A DNA stretch of 64,000 nt from Armatimonadota bacterium (GTDB lineage Bacteria > Armatimonadota > UBA5829 > DTJY01): positions 64,061 through 128,060 of the forward strand of contig JARYMF010000003.1 in assembly GCA_029907255.1 (NCBI GenBank). The letters run 5' to 3'. Made by a program: the position numbers and the translations under genes. Shown piece after piece: positions 49,886-60,618 of the stretch. Positions within the stretch are counted from its first letter, which is position 1, and each line of letters opens with the position of its first letter. Below the pieces are notes generated by a model. The model saw only the letters and a program-made list of their open reading frames with translations. It was not told the DNA's origin and ran no database searches.

Positions 49886-50812
49886 ATGAGGTTCGCAATG
49901 AAAATCAGTTTTTTTGCGCTACTCTTCGTGTCCTTCTTAGTCTCGCAGGTTGGAGTTTCCCTCGCTGCTGAAGCAGTTCCACCGCCAGGGTATGTTCTGG
50001 ATGTCGAGGATGTTATAGAGATTCAATCAATAGGCGATCCAGCGCTGTCTACAAAACAAATGATTGATCCTGAAGGCAATATTTCTATTCCATTGGTAGA
50101 AGAACCAATTCGTGCAAAAGGGCTTACACAGCAACAGCTTTTAAAGGTAATAAAAGAACGTCTCAGTCCATATTTGACTGACCCCAATATTCAGGTTACC
50201 ATAGTTCAGTTTCATTCGCCTAAAGCATACGTTCTTGGTCAAGTAAACCGCCCTGGTTTGCATGAATTTCGTCCAGGTGATCGCGTATTGGAAATCATTG
50301 CCCAAGCAGGTAGCTTTACAGAACAAGCTGATTTAAAAGGGGCAACAATTACTCGAAAAGGTAGCAATGAAGCTCAACCTCTAAATCTTTATGATCTCTT
50401 CTATAAAGGCGATATGACTCAGAACTTAGAAATTCAACCAGGAGATGTAATATACATACCGGAAGACACAAAGAATAAATATTTTGTGCTTGGAGAGGTG
50501 CTACGGCCTGGTCAATACCGTTGGAAGGAAGGCATGACCGTTATGGATGCAATAGCCAACGCCGCCGGACCAACAGACCGTGGCATATTAAGTAAAACGA
50601 CAATAATCCGCGGAGATATAAACAATCCCGAGAGAATCGAAGTTAATATGAGCAAAGTTTTGAAGAAAGCTGATTTAAGCCAGACTATAGCACTCAAGCC
50701 AGGTGATATAGTTTATGTGCCTGAGACATCTAGACCTGATTGGAACAAAATCTCGGGGGTAGTAAGCGCTGTTGTTAATACTACATACTTATTTAAGATA
50801 CTCGGATTCTAA
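49886..50812 (+). CDS. Polysaccharide export protein (Wza/Poly_export + SLBB domains)
   Basis: Y.L...D.I.I, I.P.G.IS.PL, V.G.V.RPG repeats, L.PGD.VYVP. Confidence 0.9.
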   Translation: MRFAMKISFFALLFVSFLVSQVGVSLAAEAVPPPGYVLDVEDVIEIQSIGDPALSTKQMIDPEGNISIPLVEEPIRAKGLTQQQLLKVIKERLSPYLTDPNIQVTIVQFHSPKAYVLGQVNRPGLHEFRPGDRVLEIIAQAGSFTEQADLKGATITRKGSNEAQPLNLYDLFYKGDMTQNLEIQPGDVIYIPEDTKNKYFVLGEVLRPGQYRWKEGMTVMDAIANAAGPTDRGILSKTTIIRGDINNPERIEVNMSKVLKKADLSQTIALKPGDIVYVPETSRPDWNKISGVVSAVVNTTYLFKILGF

Positions 50813-50841
50813 CAAGCCCCATTTGGAGGTGTTATATCTAA

Positions 50842-53001
50842 TTGGAACTTTGGCGGTATTATAGGATACTTCGCAAGAGAAAGTGGCTAATTGTTACCAC
50901 TACCCTGGTTTGCGTATTAATTGTCGGTCTAAGCATTCTTTTTACGAAAACCAGATGGGAAGCTTATACGACGGTTATGGAGCGGCGCCCCGAGCAGGCG
51001 GAAGTAACAATCTACCAACCGCCGTATATATATAACATGGAAGTCCAAATCAGGATAGCAAACCTGGCATATATAGCAGGAAGCCAAACAGTACTTGACC
51101 GAACTGCACAAACACTCTATGAACTTGGCATAACATCAACGCCGGAAGAAATCCTGAGAACCGTAGTAGTCGAGCCTGTAAAGAACACTGAGATTCTTCT
51201 TATTAAAGTAAACTCAACAAGCCAGGCGGAGGCAAAAGCAACAGCTGATACTTTGGCAGCCGAATTTAAACGTTTTTATAACGAGCTGCAACGTGGCGAA
51301 ACTACAAAAAGCAGACAGTTTATCGAACAAAGACTGCCTATTGCAAGGCAGGAAATGCTAGAGGCGCAAGCTGCCGTAAGAGATTTTAAAGAAAAAAATA
51401 AGGTTGTTTCTCTTCCGGAACAAAGCACCTTGCTAATGCAGCGCTTGGAAAGCATACAAAATCAAGCGGCATCAGCGAGAATAAAAGCCGATGAAGCAAA
51501 AAGCCAGATGGAAATCTTAAGACAACAACTGGCAAAAGAACCAATTATGAGAAAAGCCAGCGAAGTAATAATGGAAAATCCAATCTGGCAAGAACTCCAG
51601 AGTTCGCGTATCAAATTAGAACTTGATATCCAACGGATGCGCGAAATTGGCGGAAAAACAGATGCCCATCCGGAAATGAAGCCGCTACTGGCTCAGTTAA
51701 AAAAGATTGACGAGCAAATTGAAGACCTAAAAAAGAAAGAACAAGAGCGAATAATTTCAAGTCTTTCGACAGCTTCAAACCCAATTTATGACTCGATTCT
51801 TTCTAACTTTTTAGAATCGCAAGCAACCTATGTAGCCGCACAATCTCAATATATAGCAGCTAAACAATTAATAGACGAGCTAACCCCTGAACTAGAAACA
51901 CTTCCTGAAAAAGAGATGAGGTTAGCTCAGCTTACTCTTGACCAAAAGAATGCCGAGGAGACATACTCTCTCTTAAAATCAAAACTCGATGAGGCAAGAA
52001 TCAAAGAGCGTGAAGCACAAAACGCTAGTTCTATCCAGCAGATTGACCCCGCTATTGTGCGAAGACTTGAAATGCGGAGAGGCTTGAAGCTGATGTTGGC
52101 TATTATCTTTGGGCCACTTCTTGGGGCGGGGCTTGCGTTCTTGTTCCATTATCTAGATAACACCATTAAGACCCCAGAGGAAGCAGAGGCTTTGCTGGGT
52201 GTGCCGGTATTCGCGGTAGTACCACTATCAGACCAAAAAGCTTTAATGGGCGATACGCAACTACCAGTAATAGAGGCCTCTTATCAAATATTATCGACAA
52301 ACCTGTGGTTTGCAAATCAAGAAGCCAGAACACCTGCGATTCTGATTGCAAGCGCGGAGCCCGGTGTAGGTAGATCTACTACAGTTGCAAATCTTGGGCG
52401 AACCCTTGCAAGAAATGGCGCTAGAACGATAATAGTTGACAGCGATTTTAGGCGGCCTTCGTTGCATTTATTATTTGGAGTTCAGAATGAAAAAGGGCTT
52501 AGCAATATCCTTGCCGGACAACTTGGAATAGCAGATGCCGTTGTGCCAGTTGGGGAAGATGGATTGCTATTAATTCCATCCGGCCCAATCCCTAGCAACC
52601 CAGTTCGATTGTTCCGGTCGCCAGAAATGAAGAAATTTGTAGAGGATATTAGCAAGCTAGCCGATTTTGTATTGTTTGATAGCCCTTCGGGTGTCGCCTT
52701 TGCAGACAGCACACTGCTTGCGGCAATCATAAAAAACGTAATCATCGTGCACTCAGCGGGTCGTGTGCCTCGCGGAGCAGAGGCTGAGTTCCGAAGCAGG
52801 CTTGAGCAAATCAGCGCAAACACTATTGGTGCAGTTTTGAACAGAGTGAGGCCAGAGGACAGCCATGGCTATTACCACTACAGGCGCTCATATGAGGACT
52901 TCATAATAAAGGACGGCAAAGTTAAAGAGCCAATGGAGTCTAAAATACTTGGCGCAATACCGGAGAAGACAAAAGAGCAAGACGAAAGTGAAGTAGATTA
53001 A
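50842..53001 (+). CDS. Wzc/GumC-like polysaccharide co-polymerase with BY-kinase domain
   Basis: Two TMs around a coiled coil; Walker A-like PGVGRST, VDSDFRRP, FDSP, Tyr cluster GYYHYRRSY; GGAGGT RBS with TTG start. Confidence 0.92.
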   Translation: MELWRYYRILRKRKWLIVTTTLVCVLIVGLSILFTKTRWEAYTTVMERRPEQAEVTIYQPPYIYNMEVQIRIANLAYIAGSQTVLDRTAQTLYELGITSTPEEILRTVVVEPVKNTEILLIKVNSTSQAEAKATADTLAAEFKRFYNELQRGETTKSRQFIEQRLPIARQEMLEAQAAVRDFKEKNKVVSLPEQSTLLMQRLESIQNQAASARIKADEAKSQMEILRQQLAKEPIMRKASEVIMENPIWQELQSSRIKLELDIQRMREIGGKTDAHPEMKPLLAQLKKIDEQIEDLKKKEQERIISSLSTASNPIYDSILSNFLESQATYVAAQSQYIAAKQLIDELTPELETLPEKEMRLAQLTLDQKNAEETYSLLKSKLDEARIKEREAQNASSIQQIDPAIVRRLEMRRGLKLMLAIIFGPLLGAGLAFLFHYLDNTIKTPEEAEALLGVPVFAVVPLSDQKALMGDTQLPVIEASYQILSTNLWFANQEARTPAILIASAEPGVGRSTTVANLGRTLARNGARTIIVDSDFRRPSLHLLFGVQNEKGLSNILAGQLGIADAVVPVGEDGLLLIPSGPIPSNPVRLFRSPEMKKFVEDISKLADFVLFDSPSGVAFADSTLLAAIIKNVIIVHSAGRVPRGAEAEFRSRLEQISANTIGAVLNRVRPEDSHGYYHYRRSYEDFIIKDGKVKEPMESKILGAIPEKTKEQDESEVD

Positions 53002-53009
53002 TAATAAGG

Positions 53010-53735
53010 TTGGTCCTGATGAATACAGGCAGCTTAGATAAAAGTGGACACCATGCGGCTGTAGGAGACAAAGAGCTGACGCAAAAAAAGAACTCATTAG
53101 AAGAACCTTTAGAAATACAGTCTCCGCTTTCGCCATTGGGACAAATAATCAAGCGCTGTCTAGACGTTGTAATTTCCCTTATAATGCTAATTATCTTGGC
53201 TCCGTTAATGTTGCTTGTTGCATTGGCAATTAAACTGGAATCGGAAGGACCGATAATCTACAAGCAGACTAGGGTAGGAAAAAACGGGCGGGAATTTACT
53301 TTTTACAAGTTTCGCTCAATGTTCCGAGATGCTGACAAAAGGCTTGCTGAACTTAGACATCTAAATGAAGCGGATGGGCCGATATTTAAGATAAAGAATG
53401 ATCCAAGGATAACTAAGGTTGGCCGCATTATACGCAAGACTAGTATTGATGAGTTACCACAGCTAATTAATGTTTTAAAAGGCGATATGAGCTTAGTAGG
53501 CCCTCGCCCACCACTGCCAGTTGAGGTAGCACAATATACTGCTCGCGATCGCCAGCGTCTGAATGTTATCCCAGGCATTACATGCCTGTGGCAAATATCC
53601 GGCAGAAGCAACATAGGCTTTGACCGATGGGTTGAGCTTGATCTCGAATACATTCGTAATCAGTCTTTATGGCTTGACCTAAAAATTCTTTTGTTGACAA
53701 TACCCGCTGTTATTAAAGGTACGGGTGCACATTGA
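53010..53735 (+). CDS. Priming (polyprenyl-phosphate) sugar transferase
   Basis: KR..D, YKFRSM, DPRIT.VG...R.TS.DELPQL.NV..G.MSLVGPRP, PGIT.LWQ. Confidence 0.95.
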   Translation: MVLMNTGSLDKSGHHAAVGDKELTQKKNSLEEPLEIQSPLSPLGQIIKRCLDVVISLIMLIILAPLMLLVALAIKLESEGPIIYKQTRVGKNGREFTFYKFRSMFRDADKRLAELRHLNEADGPIFKIKNDPRITKVGRIIRKTSIDELPQLINVLKGDMSLVGPRPPLPVEVAQYTARDRQRLNVIPGITCLWQISGRSNIGFDRWVELDLEYIRNQSLWLDLKILLLTIPAVIKGTGAH

Positions 53736-53739
53736 CCTG

Positions 53740-54672
53740 ATGACAAAAGTTACGGTATTGGTTACTGGGGGGGCCGGGTTCATAGGCTCCCATATTGCTG
53801 ATAGGCTTGTTTCAGAAGGTTATCGGGTGGTAATCGTTGACGATCTCTCGAGTGGAACGCTAAAAAACGTAAATCCAAGGGCATTGTTTTATCAGGTTGA
53901 CTTGCGTGATTACAAGGCAATAGAAGAGGTTTTCGACAAAGAGAAACCAACAATAGTTAATCACCATGCGGCTCAGGTGGATGTCACTAAATCTGTGAGC
54001 GATCCAGCAACCGACGCACATATTAATATAATTGGAGGTATAAACCTCCTTAAAAGCGCATGCAAGCACGGTGTTCAGCGCTTTATATATGCATCTACTG
54101 CCGCTGTTTATGGCGATCCGGAGTACGTTCCGATTGATGAAGACCATCCGATTAAGCCACTTTCGGCTTATGGTATTTCGAAGAGTACCTTTGAAAAATA
54201 TTTAGAATTGGAAGCTTCAAGGGTTGGCATGCATTATGTCATTTTAAGGTATGCCAATGTCTTCGGCCCCCGCCAAGTGCCACATGGTGAAGGAGGCGTT
54301 GTAGCAGTTTTTGCCAACCGAATGCTTGCTGGTGAGCAGTGCCGCATATTCGGAAATGGAAGCAAAACTAGAGATTATGTATACGTCCAGGATGTAGTTG
54401 AGGCTAATATTCTTGCAATGCAAAGTGCGGCTTGCGGCGTTTTCAACATAGGAACAGCAAAAGAGACTACTGACCAGGAGGTCTTCGATACCGTTCGAGC
54501 TGCCGTAGGAAGCTCTCAAGAGCCGATATATGCAGACGAGCGCCCGGGTGAAATTAGAAGGAGCTGTTTCGATGCGTCCAAAGCAAAGACTCAATTAGGG
54601 TGGAAGGCTAAAGTATCGTTTGCCGAGGGCGTAGCCAGCGCTGTAGAGTTTTACAGAAGAAATAAGCAATAA
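53740..54672 (+). CDS. NAD-dependent epimerase/dehydratase (UDP-glucose 4-epimerase-like)
   Basis: TGGAGFIGS, STAAVYG, YGISK, RYANVFGPRQ. Confidence 0.92.
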   Translation: MTKVTVLVTGGAGFIGSHIADRLVSEGYRVVIVDDLSSGTLKNVNPRALFYQVDLRDYKAIEEVFDKEKPTIVNHHAAQVDVTKSVSDPATDAHINIIGGINLLKSACKHGVQRFIYASTAAVYGDPEYVPIDEDHPIKPLSAYGISKSTFEKYLELEASRVGMHYVILRYANVFGPRQVPHGEGGVVAVFANRMLAGEQCRIFGNGSKTRDYVYVQDVVEANILAMQSAACGVFNIGTAKETTDQEVFDTVRAAVGSSQEPIYADERPGEIRRSCFDASKAKTQLGWKAKVSFAEGVASAVEFYRRNKQ

Positions 54673-54690
54673 ACGAAGTTCGGGGAAGTA

Positions 54691-55587
54691 ATGGTGGAAA
54701 AAGAGACAAGGCTTGAAAGTTCCAGCACAATTAAAAGCTCAAGTGATTGGAATTTACTTACATATTTGCTAATTGCTCTAAGCCTCATCCTGCTTTTGGT
54801 GCTCTATGTGCCCGTTTTTAAATGGTGGTACCAGCAATGGACAGTTAAAGATAGCTACTATTCACATGGGTTCCTGATACCACCAATTTCTGCTTTCATC
54901 ATATACCTAAAGAGGAAAGAGCTAAGAAAACTAGAAATAAAACCATCTACTCGCGGTTGGCTTTTCATTATCCCCGCGGGTATTATTGTGCTGCTTTCGC
55001 TCTGGGGCGAAGCACGAAGCGTTGCTGGGTTGATGTTCCCCATAATTCTCTGCGGCATGGTGGCTCTTCTTTTCGGTATGCAAATACTAAGAGAGCTCCT
55101 TTTCCCGCTCCTCTTCCTATTTTTCATGTGCGTAATTCCAAGCTTCCTTATTGCAAAAATAAGTTTCAAGATACAAGTACTCTCGACAATTGGTGGTACT
55201 TGGCTGTTAAAACTATTTGGATTCAATGCAGAAAGAGCAGGGGTAATTATCTATCTTCCTTATATTACTGTGGAAGTCGGGGCACCGTGTAGCGGGTTCA
55301 GGCTGTTAATATCTTTGTTTGCATTCTCAACGCTTTTTGCTTATATCAAAGAGGGTCCTCTTTGGGGTAAATTGGTGCTTATTTCGTCCACACTACCCTT
55401 GAGTCTTGTCATAAATTCGCTTAGAGTTGCAATGATTGGGATGGTTGGCGACCTCATGGGTTATGAGGCTATGCATACTTTCCATGATTATTCTGGATAT
55501 ATAGTTCTTGTTTTTGCCTTTGTCTTTCTTTCACTACTGTCGAGGTGGGTCGGTTGTCGAAAGTACAGTCAAATGTTATATTCCTAG
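54691..55587 (+). CDS. Exosortase (EpsH/Xrt family)
   Basis: YYSHG..IP, catalytic CSG.R, N..R, FHD..G; multiple TMs. Confidence 0.92.
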   Translation: MVEKETRLESSSTIKSSSDWNLLTYLLIALSLILLLVLYVPVFKWWYQQWTVKDSYYSHGFLIPPISAFIIYLKRKELRKLEIKPSTRGWLFIIPAGIIVLLSLWGEARSVAGLMFPIILCGMVALLFGMQILRELLFPLLFLFFMCVIPSFLIAKISFKIQVLSTIGGTWLLKLFGFNAERAGVIIYLPYITVEVGAPCSGFRLLISLFAFSTLFAYIKEGPLWGKLVLISSTLPLSLVINSLRVAMIGMVGDLMGYEAMHTFHDYSGYIVLVFAFVFLSLLSRWVGCRKYSQMLYS

Positions 55588-56192
55588 TTATTTTCTTCGC
55601 CATTTTGCTTTCTGCTGCCCGCATGGTAAAACCTTTTGCTCATGAAGGCAGAGTAGTTACTTCTTTTGAGGGAATACCTAAAACGGTTGGTTCCTGGTCT
55701 GGCGTTGACCGTGAATTTGACGAGGAAGTTAAAAAACAACTTCCAGGTAGCAGTTTGTTGTGGCGCGATTACACTGACAAGGATGGCAACATAGTAAGCA
55801 TTGCAATCGTCTATGGCACGGCTTTAGGCATCTTTCACCAACCTGAAATATGCCTGCAGGGTTCGGGATGGACAATATTGGAAGAAGGCGATACAAAAAT
55901 TCCAATAAAATCCGGCAGCTCAATAACAGCAAAGTATTTCGTAATGGAAAATGAGTACATTGGGAGGTCCGCAGGAGTATATTGGTTCAGTACAAGAGGA
56001 ATGACTTCCACATTCCTAGGCACTCACAAAACACAATTATATCTTTATCGCATATTAAGGCGTAAAATTGAACCTTCTGCGCTTGTAAGATTTACATCAA
56101 TGGTTCAGTCCGACGATGCAACAACTCTGAAAAAGGTGAAGGAATTGGCAGGGTTACTTTTCCCGTATGTGCAGGAGGAGCTGAAGAAATAA
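55545..56192 (+). CDS. Exosortase-associated EpsI family protein
   Basis: P..VG.W.G, R.Y, H.PEICL.GSGW, YWF; directly after the exosortase. Confidence 0.88.
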   Translation: MGRLSKVQSNVIFLVIFFAILLSAARMVKPFAHEGRVVTSFEGIPKTVGSWSGVDREFDEEVKKQLPGSSLLWRDYTDKDGNIVSIAIVYGTALGIFHQPEICLQGSGWTILEEGDTKIPIKSGSSITAKYFVMENEYIGRSAGVYWFSTRGMTSTFLGTHKTQLYLYRILRRKIEPSALVRFTSMVQSDDATTLKKVKELAGLLFPYVQEELKK

Positions 56193-56309
56193 GTGTTTGT
56201 CTAACCAAGCCTTTCTGTAAAAGACACTTGGCATAATCAACCTGGCACTACAAGTTCACGCGGAAACAATATTAATTGCTTTCTCCAATATTACAATTGA
56301 CCGTGCGCT

Positions 56310-58100
56310 ATGGCTAAACGATTCTTGGCATTTCTAAAAACTTTGTATGCGTTTTTGAGAGTTATACTTCTGCCGATTGGATATACGGCTAAGGGCATCT
56401 ATGCAATCATCAGGCATCCAGTTCGATCAGCCAAGATTGCAGGCGCCGCAGTACACTTCGTTATGCGGCATCCTATAACGTCCTGGCGAATATTCTACCA
56501 ATTCCTGCGTAGGGCCCATAAGCGGTTTGTTAGGCCAGCGGTCCAATACCTATTCTCTATCTTCAAGCTAATCTTCCCGTGGATATTGGCAGTTACCCTT
56601 GCGGCTTTGTTGGCTCGCTCAATACTTTCTCTATCACCTACAAAAGTAGTTGCAATTTTCTTGGCAAGTTGTTTGATGGGCATTATATGGCGGCGGATTG
56701 AAGTAGGCATTGTCCTGCTTTTGATAATGGTGGCAACAATTTTCTACGCCAGCGTGTTCCCAAAAGTAATTACTATTGGAGGCTTCGGTCCGTGGGGTGC
56801 TGAGACTTTATTGATTGCTCTCATCGGTGTGGGCACAGTGCGGTTTCTTGCAAATCGCAATTCAATATTTCCACGAAGTCCTGTTACCTTGCCATTGGTA
56901 GTGTTTTACATCTCAATAATCATTTCAATGGCTAACAGCTATTTTAATTATTTGCAGAATCCCAGGGGCTGGTTTGACTTCAAAACAGTTTATAACACAT
57001 GCCGACCGCTGTTCTTCTACCTATTCTTTTTCGTAATAGCATTCGGGCTTCAGACTGAACGTGAGCTAAAAGTTGTTCTCAAATCGGCAGTCGTAATGAG
57101 CGTAATTGTTTCAATACTGATGGTGGTCCAAGCGGCTTTGGGCACCTCGCACCGCGTTTTCTTCGGGACAGAATGGTCGCCAAAATTCGTTAATCCACTC
57201 AGTCCTGAGGAACAAGAAGTTGCACGCTCGTTGCCACCAGGCCTTTCTTTGTCTCAAATGATATTTATTCCAGTGCTTTATCTTACCGCATGCCAAAAGG
57301 GGAAATCAGCCTTCATATATGGAATTGCTTTTTTATGCATGCTTATTGGATTGGCATTTAGCTTTACAAGAAATTATTGGTTTACAGCTGCAGTATGTTC
57401 AGTCTTGCTAATTATTCTTGCCGGCCGAGGCATTAGGGGACGCTTGATAGGCATCACTGCAATTTTGCTTGTAAGTTCAATTTTACTTAGTTTCGTAGTT
57501 GGAAACTTAATGTCAGCCGCAGGCAGTGAATTTGGGCCTGCCATGGTGCGCAGATTTCAGTCACTCATAAACAAAGAGGCATTTGAGTCAGCCTCCTTCG
57601 AAAACCGCCGCGAGGAAGTACGAAGAACATGGCCGCAGATACTAAGAGACCCAATCTTCGGCGTAGGTCCGGGTAAACCCTTCTATTATGATGAAATCAC
57701 TCTAAAAAGCGGTCAAAAACTACTGATAGAGCACTCTGCTCTTCACAATAGCTATCTAGAACTTTGGCTCGTTTACGGCGCTTTTGGACTTGGTAGCTTT
57801 ATCTGGCTAAGTATAGCTTTTCTCGTTAGAGCCATTTGCGCTTACAGACGCCTAAAGAATCCATACTATAAAGCATGGGCATTAGGACTTGGCATAGCTT
57901 ATATAGGATTTCTTATTCGGGCAAACATAGGTATGCATATACTGCACGAACCGCCACAAATGCTTTCTGTGGCGCTTTCATGGGGTATTATTGATGTCAT
58001 GTTAAAATTGGAACGTGCTAAAGCTGAAGCTTTTGCTCATCAGGCGGCACAGAAACTGCCAATTCCACGTCGCCCACTCGTTAACCCAACGATCTCTTAA
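56310..58100 (+). CDS. O-antigen ligase/Wzy-type polymerase family protein
   Basis: Many TMs, SFTR..W, R...W, P.FGVG.G, HNSYL.L....G..G. Confidence 0.85.
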   Translation: MAKRFLAFLKTLYAFLRVILLPIGYTAKGIYAIIRHPVRSAKIAGAAVHFVMRHPITSWRIFYQFLRRAHKRFVRPAVQYLFSIFKLIFPWILAVTLAALLARSILSLSPTKVVAIFLASCLMGIIWRRIEVGIVLLLIMVATIFYASVFPKVITIGGFGPWGAETLLIALIGVGTVRFLANRNSIFPRSPVTLPLVVFYISIIISMANSYFNYLQNPRGWFDFKTVYNTCRPLFFYLFFFVIAFGLQTERELKVVLKSAVVMSVIVSILMVVQAALGTSHRVFFGTEWSPKFVNPLSPEEQEVARSLPPGLSLSQMIFIPVLYLTACQKGKSAFIYGIAFLCMLIGLAFSFTRNYWFTAAVCSVLLIILAGRGIRGRLIGITAILLVSSILLSFVVGNLMSAAGSEFGPAMVRRFQSLINKEAFESASFENRREEVRRTWPQILRDPIFGVGPGKPFYYDEITLKSGQKLLIEHSALHNSYLELWLVYGAFGLGSFIWLSIAFLVRAICAYRRLKNPYYKAWALGLGIAYIGFLIRANIGMHILHEPPQMLSVALSWGIIDVMLKLERAKAEAFAHQAAQKLPIPRRPLVNPTIS

Positions 58101-58123
58101 CATTTCATAAGCTTCTGGAAACT

Positions 58124-59113
58124 TTGAATATGTGCCTCAATCATAATGTTGAAAATAAATTGCCATCTGAAGCTTCCAAAAACAATAATAATTCTACTAT
58201 GGAAGCAGTTAACTGCGACTTTTGTGGTAGCAGTAATTCAGTATTGCTGTACAAGGTCCCTGATAGATTTAGCCCGGGTGGAGCTGAATTTTCGCTAGTC
58301 AAGTGCAAGGAATGCGGTTTAGTATATGTGAACCCAAGACCAACAGCCGATGTGATAGGAAAGTACTATCCTGATGAATATTATGGTTTAGAAGTCCTTC
58401 ATGAGGGTGGGCTTCAGCAGTCGCTGAAATACTTAGAAAGGAGACGCCTCAGCGATATAGAAAAATTTGTGCCTCGCGGCTGTATTCTTGATATGGGGTG
58501 CGGCGCTGGCCAATTTCTGGCAGAAGCAAAAGCAAAAGGTTGGACTACACTTGGAATTGAAATTTCCGCTTTAGCGGCGGAGCATGCCTGCAGGCAATAT
58601 GGATTGGAAGTAATTCAAAAAGACCTCTTATCTGCCGATCTTCCAGGTGAGCATTTTGATGTGATAACAATGTGGGGTGTGCTTGAGCATCTTTATTCAC
58701 CAACAAAAGCACTTAAGGAGATATATCGCATGCTAAAACCTGGAGGGCTTTTCGTAGCTCTAGTGCCAAACATAAATAGCACGCAAGCGCGAATCTTTGG
58801 TCCACGGTGGCAGCTACTTGATGTCCCGCGCCATCTTTATCACTTTTCGGAATCAACATTAAAGCGCATGGCACGAGAAGCTGGTTTTGCGCCGGCATGG
58901 ACGCGATACTTTGCCAGGGAACAGGATGTTTCTCAATTTCTGCAAACTATGAAGGTAATATTGCAACCTGAAGGGAAGAAAAAGTGGACCCTGAGAAGGA
59001 TCTTAATGGCGGTTGCAAGGCGTTCTGCATTAGTGATTGCAAAGCTAATGGCCCTGCGGCGAAGTAGCGCCACAATTGAGGCTTACTTTATAAAACCTAA
59101 ACATATTAGCTAG
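58124..59113 (+). CDS. Class I SAM-dependent methyltransferase with N-terminal CxxC/CxxC
   Basis: C..C...C..CGL...NPRP, LDMGCG.G, FDVIT.W.VLEH; the start may be ATG 58199. Confidence 0.9.
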   Translation: MNMCLNHNVENKLPSEASKNNNNSTMEAVNCDFCGSSNSVLLYKVPDRFSPGGAEFSLVKCKECGLVYVNPRPTADVIGKYYPDEYYGLEVLHEGGLQQSLKYLERRRLSDIEKFVPRGCILDMGCGAGQFLAEAKAKGWTTLGIEISALAAEHACRQYGLEVIQKDLLSADLPGEHFDVITMWGVLEHLYSPTKALKEIYRMLKPGGLFVALVPNINSTQARIFGPRWQLLDVPRHLYHFSESTLKRMAREAGFAPAWTRYFAREQDVSQFLQTMKVILQPEGKKKWTLRRILMAVARRSALVIAKLMALRRSSATIEAYFIKPKHIS

Positions 59114-59160
59114 CACAAAGTTTCGGACGTAAAGTTTGTAAAATTAAGCTCAGGTAAACT

Positions 59161-60618
59161 GTGAGTAACGACGCAAGAAGTGCAGTCAAGAACTCCTTTG
59201 CAAGTATAACGGCTCAGTTAGCTAATTTGCTGGTAGGCCTTGCCTCAAGCGTATATGTAGCGCGAATGCTTGGCAAGGAGCAGTTCGGCATATACAATTG
59301 GGCACTTGGGCTCTGCGGCCTTGTTGTTGCAGTTGCAAATGTTGGCGTTGACAATGTCATCTCGCGAGAAACAGCCAAAGAAAAGACAAGAGCTTCAGAG
59401 TACTTAATAAGCGGTTTCCTTATTAAAATATTTACTTCCACCATTGCCTACCTGGGCATTGTTTTGTATCTTAAGCTTAGGAATTATTCTGGACTTCAGC
59501 TTGCTGTTGGATACTTGCTGTGCACAACGGTAATCACGGAGAGTTTTAATGCAAGCTGTCGGGCGGTTCTTATTGGAATCGAGCGGCAAGATGCTTCGGC
59601 AGTTATTTCTGTTGTGACGAACCTCATAAGAGTTGGCTTAGTTATTCTTCTAGTCACCCTAAAATATGACATTCTAGCTGTAGCATGGGTAACAGTAGGA
59701 ATTTTGATTCTTGCGCTCATACTGCATCTTTGGGTTATATCAAGGCTTGCAGGCGGCACGTGGAAGCCGAATCTTACCACTACTAGCTATTTATTGGCGA
59801 CTGGTTCAACCTTTCTTATAACAAGCTTATTTGCTAGCTTGTTTGATAGGGCAGATTACGTAATATTAGAGTACTATAAAGATGTAGGAACCGTTGGAAT
59901 ATACGGCGCGGCCTGGCGAATGGTTGAAATTGTCACAATGATTGCATATAACGCCAGCATTGCGTTGTTTCCAATTTTATCTAGAAGGTTTCAAACCTCA
60001 AAAGAGGAACACGCCAAGGCGCTGGAAAAAGCCACAAAGTACATGACGGTTTTCGGGTTTCCGTTTACTATTGGCATTCTACTTTTGAGTAATCCTCTTA
60101 TGGTAGGTCTTTATGGTGAAAAGTTCGCCGAATCAGGTACGGCACTTGCAATTCTCATGTGGAGCAGAGTTTTCGCGTTCCCGATTCTTCCAGGTCAGCA
60201 ATCGGTAGCGGCTCGTAACGCTCAGCTTAAGTTATTCCCGCCTGTTGTAGTGCGAGCAATTTTAGCAGTTGGACTGGCTGTCTATCTAATCCCCAAATAT
60301 GGTTATAAAGGTGCGGCTGTATCAAAGGTAGTTGCAGAAAATGTACATTACTTATTGTGCTATTTAATTGCTTTTAGCGGTCCTGAACGCTTCAACCCGA
60401 TAAAGCTGTTTGGCAAGCCAGCACTTGCAACAGCTGTGATGGCTTTGGCAATCATTTTCCTGCGAAGGTTTGGAATATTCGTGGCTACCGGTGGCGCAAT
60501 CGTAGTCTATATTGGTGCTATTCAGCTTTTTAGGGTTCTAGATAGCGAGGACATTAAAATACTGCGTAAAGTTGCTATGAGTTTTATCCGCCCTGGTTTA
60601 AGTATTAAAGGAGATTGA
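59161..60618 (+). CDS. Wzx-type flippase
   Basis: AR.LG...FG.Y, D...L......VG.Y.AA.R, LIP.YG..GAA; many TMs. Confidence 0.9.
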   Translation: MSNDARSAVKNSFASITAQLANLLVGLASSVYVARMLGKEQFGIYNWALGLCGLVVAVANVGVDNVISRETAKEKTRASEYLISGFLIKIFTSTIAYLGIVLYLKLRNYSGLQLAVGYLLCTTVITESFNASCRAVLIGIERQDASAVISVVTNLIRVGLVILLVTLKYDILAVAWVTVGILILALILHLWVISRLAGGTWKPNLTTTSYLLATGSTFLITSLFASLFDRADYVILEYYKDVGTVGIYGAAWRMVEIVTMIAYNASIALFPILSRRFQTSKEEHAKALEKATKYMTVFGFPFTIGILLLSNPLMVGLYGEKFAESGTALAILMWSRVFAFPILPGQQSVAARNAQLKLFPPVVVRAILAVGLAVYLIPKYGYKGAAVSKVVAENVHYLLCYLIAFSGPERFNPIKLFGKPALATAVMALAIIFLRRFGIFVATGGAIVVYIGAIQLFRVLDSEDIKILRKVAMSFIRPGLSIKGD

